Shown piece by piece: positions 51,252-52,542 of a DNA stretch of 52,542 bases (the stretch's first letter is position 1; each line of letters opens with the position of its first letter). This DNA is from a virus. Its lineage: Duplodnaviria; Caudoviricetes. The DNA lies in IMG/VR virus record IMGVR_UViG_3300013118_000236, positions 1 to 52,542 of that record; one strand, given 5' to 3'. The notes below the pieces were generated by a model. That model saw only the letters and a program-made list of their open reading frames with translations. It searched no databases and was not told where the DNA came from. The translations under genes were made by a program, and so were the position numbers.

Positions 51252-52467
51252 TTTTTTCTCCGTAACCTTTTTTGTTCCTATTAACATTATAACTCAATGA
51301 GCCTCTATAGTCAAATGGATGGTTGATTGTAACTTCAAAAACAACGCCGGCACGGGATGGGCCTAGGCGATCATACACCGACAGACAATCGCGAAGGATT
51401 GTTTTTTTCTCGGGTTTGGTAAATTCTTTTGGCTCTTCGCGCATGCGAATTTCAAATAAAAATGCCAACAATTCTCTTTCCGTAAAAATTCTGGTTAATT
51501 GATCTTCAGAATATGACTCAGGCACAACATAACGCGTGCGAATACGACCGTTACATTCTTCAATAATCGGAATTTTTGGTAATTTCACCATGTTATATAA
51601 TCTAAGCAGATATTTTCTAAATTTTTCATAATAGATATAATCTGCCCGACTATATCCGATGTTTATGATCCTGTTGGTTTTCTGCAAGTTATATTGTGCG
51701 GCGTACTGTAGCATCTCGCTTGAGCCGATATCTGCCACTATTCTCCATGGTATATTTTTGTCAACCATAAAACCAAACGAGCGGCATGCATTCAGGAAGT
51801 ATTCCCAGTGGCCACTTTGAACGAAATGTTTCATTTTTTTGCTGTCGTCAAAATAATCAAGATCGGCAACTTCAATAGCTAACCCGCTAACGTTAATAGG
51901 GCAATATCTACTCTTTAAAAATGCAGAAAAAGTAAATGGGTGGCGCGACACAGATTGCATTAATAGTGGCCCTAAGTGATTCATAAATTCATGAAAATTT
52001 TTAACTTGAATCTTCTTGTCCCTGAAATGATTTACTATCGCTGTTGAATAATTGTCTTGGTGAGTATTAAAAAGCTCTATTGGACTAACAAAAGATTTAT
52101 AAACATTCAAATTGCTAAGATACGGGTGATTCGGATCCAATTGTCCTTGAGCAACTGCCTTTTTAAAAACTTGCTGTAAGTCTTTGAATGCGTCTACAAC
52201 AAAATTGATAGCACTCTGTTCTGGGCCGCCGGCATTATCCCCCGTAGCATCATTGAGCGGTTTTAAGCTTGCTGCGGACTGTTTCTCAAGATATACCGGT
52301 ACAAACTGAAAGTTCACGCGGCCGTACAAAAATTTCTCTCCGAAATTAAAGTTGGTTAGATTTTCATATTGTTCAGCATTAATAACTGCATCATAATTAT
52401 ATGCCGCTCTCTTATAATATGTCAATGCGGATCCGTCGCGGTTTTTAGTAATGTAAATTTCTGCCAT
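51226..52467 (-). CDS. Hypothetical phage protein
   Basis: 413-aa ORF; AAGGA RBS; GFMVDKNIPWRIVAD motif. Confidence 0.7.
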   Translation of the reverse strand: MAEIYITKNRDGSALTYYKRAAYNYDAVINAEQYENLTNFNFGEKFLYGRVNFQFVPVYLEKQSAASLKPLNDATGDNAGGPEQSAINFVVDAFKDLQQVFKKAVAQGQLDPNHPYLSNLNVYKSFVSPIELFNTHQDNYSTAIVNHFRDKKIQVKNFHEFMNHLGPLLMQSVSRHPFTFSAFLKSRYCPINVSGLAIEVADLDYFDDSKKMKHFVQSGHWEYFLNACRSFGFMVDKNIPWRIVADIGSSEMLQYAAQYNLQKTNRIINIGYSRADYIYYEKFRKYLLRLYNMVKLPKIPIIEECNGRIRTRYVVPESYSEDQLTRIFTERELLAFLFEIRMREEPKEFTKPEKKTILRDCLSVYDRLGPSRAGVVFEVTINHPFDYRGSLSYNVNRNKKGYGEKIVLSKSRR

Positions 52468-52542
52468 TTTTTCGTTCCTTTACTAATATGTAGATAAAAA
52501 CCAGTTTATTCAAGAGTCCGCGGGGGGATCGGAGGGTGCGGT

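Noticed and set aside
1-52542. Plus-strand ORFs in the track (e.g. 3329-3802, 7996-8496, 21430-21996)
   Set aside because: They are antisense shadows of well-supported minus-strand genes and show no recognisable motifs.
1-52542. Stop-codon reassignment
   Set aside because: Core genes are full length in the standard code, and TAA, TAG and TGA all end genes.

Overview
A 52.5-kb segment of a large (jumbo-type) dsDNA bacteriophage. All credible genes lie on the minus strand in the standard genetic code. The right and middle parts carry replication, recombination and metabolism genes (DnaE, short family-A polymerase, 5'-3' exonuclease, DnaB-like helicase, RecA, gp32-like SSB, class II RNR, GuaB-family enzyme, divergent tubulin-like protein). 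They also carry chaperones and proteases (GroEL, GroES, J-domain, ClpP, trypsin-like, matrixin), three methyltransferase-family genes with a candidate restriction endonuclease, an amidase endolysin, probable virion proteins and three tRNAs. A MYXO-CTERM surface protein suggests a Myxococcota-type host. The standout feature is a modular early region (about 0.8-8.3 kb) with 24 paralogous small 'MKVGDLV...LEVI' SH3/KOW-like genes. Twelve junctions share an exact 14-nt RBS/start/stop overlap, and the genes are driven by eight near-identical promoters, seven with -35-like boxes repeated at a fixed 11+15 bp spacing. A second novelty is four copies of a covarying H-type pseudoknot placed just after consecutive stop codons at 46.5-48.4 kb. 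All protein calls come from reading motifs by eye; no database searches were run.
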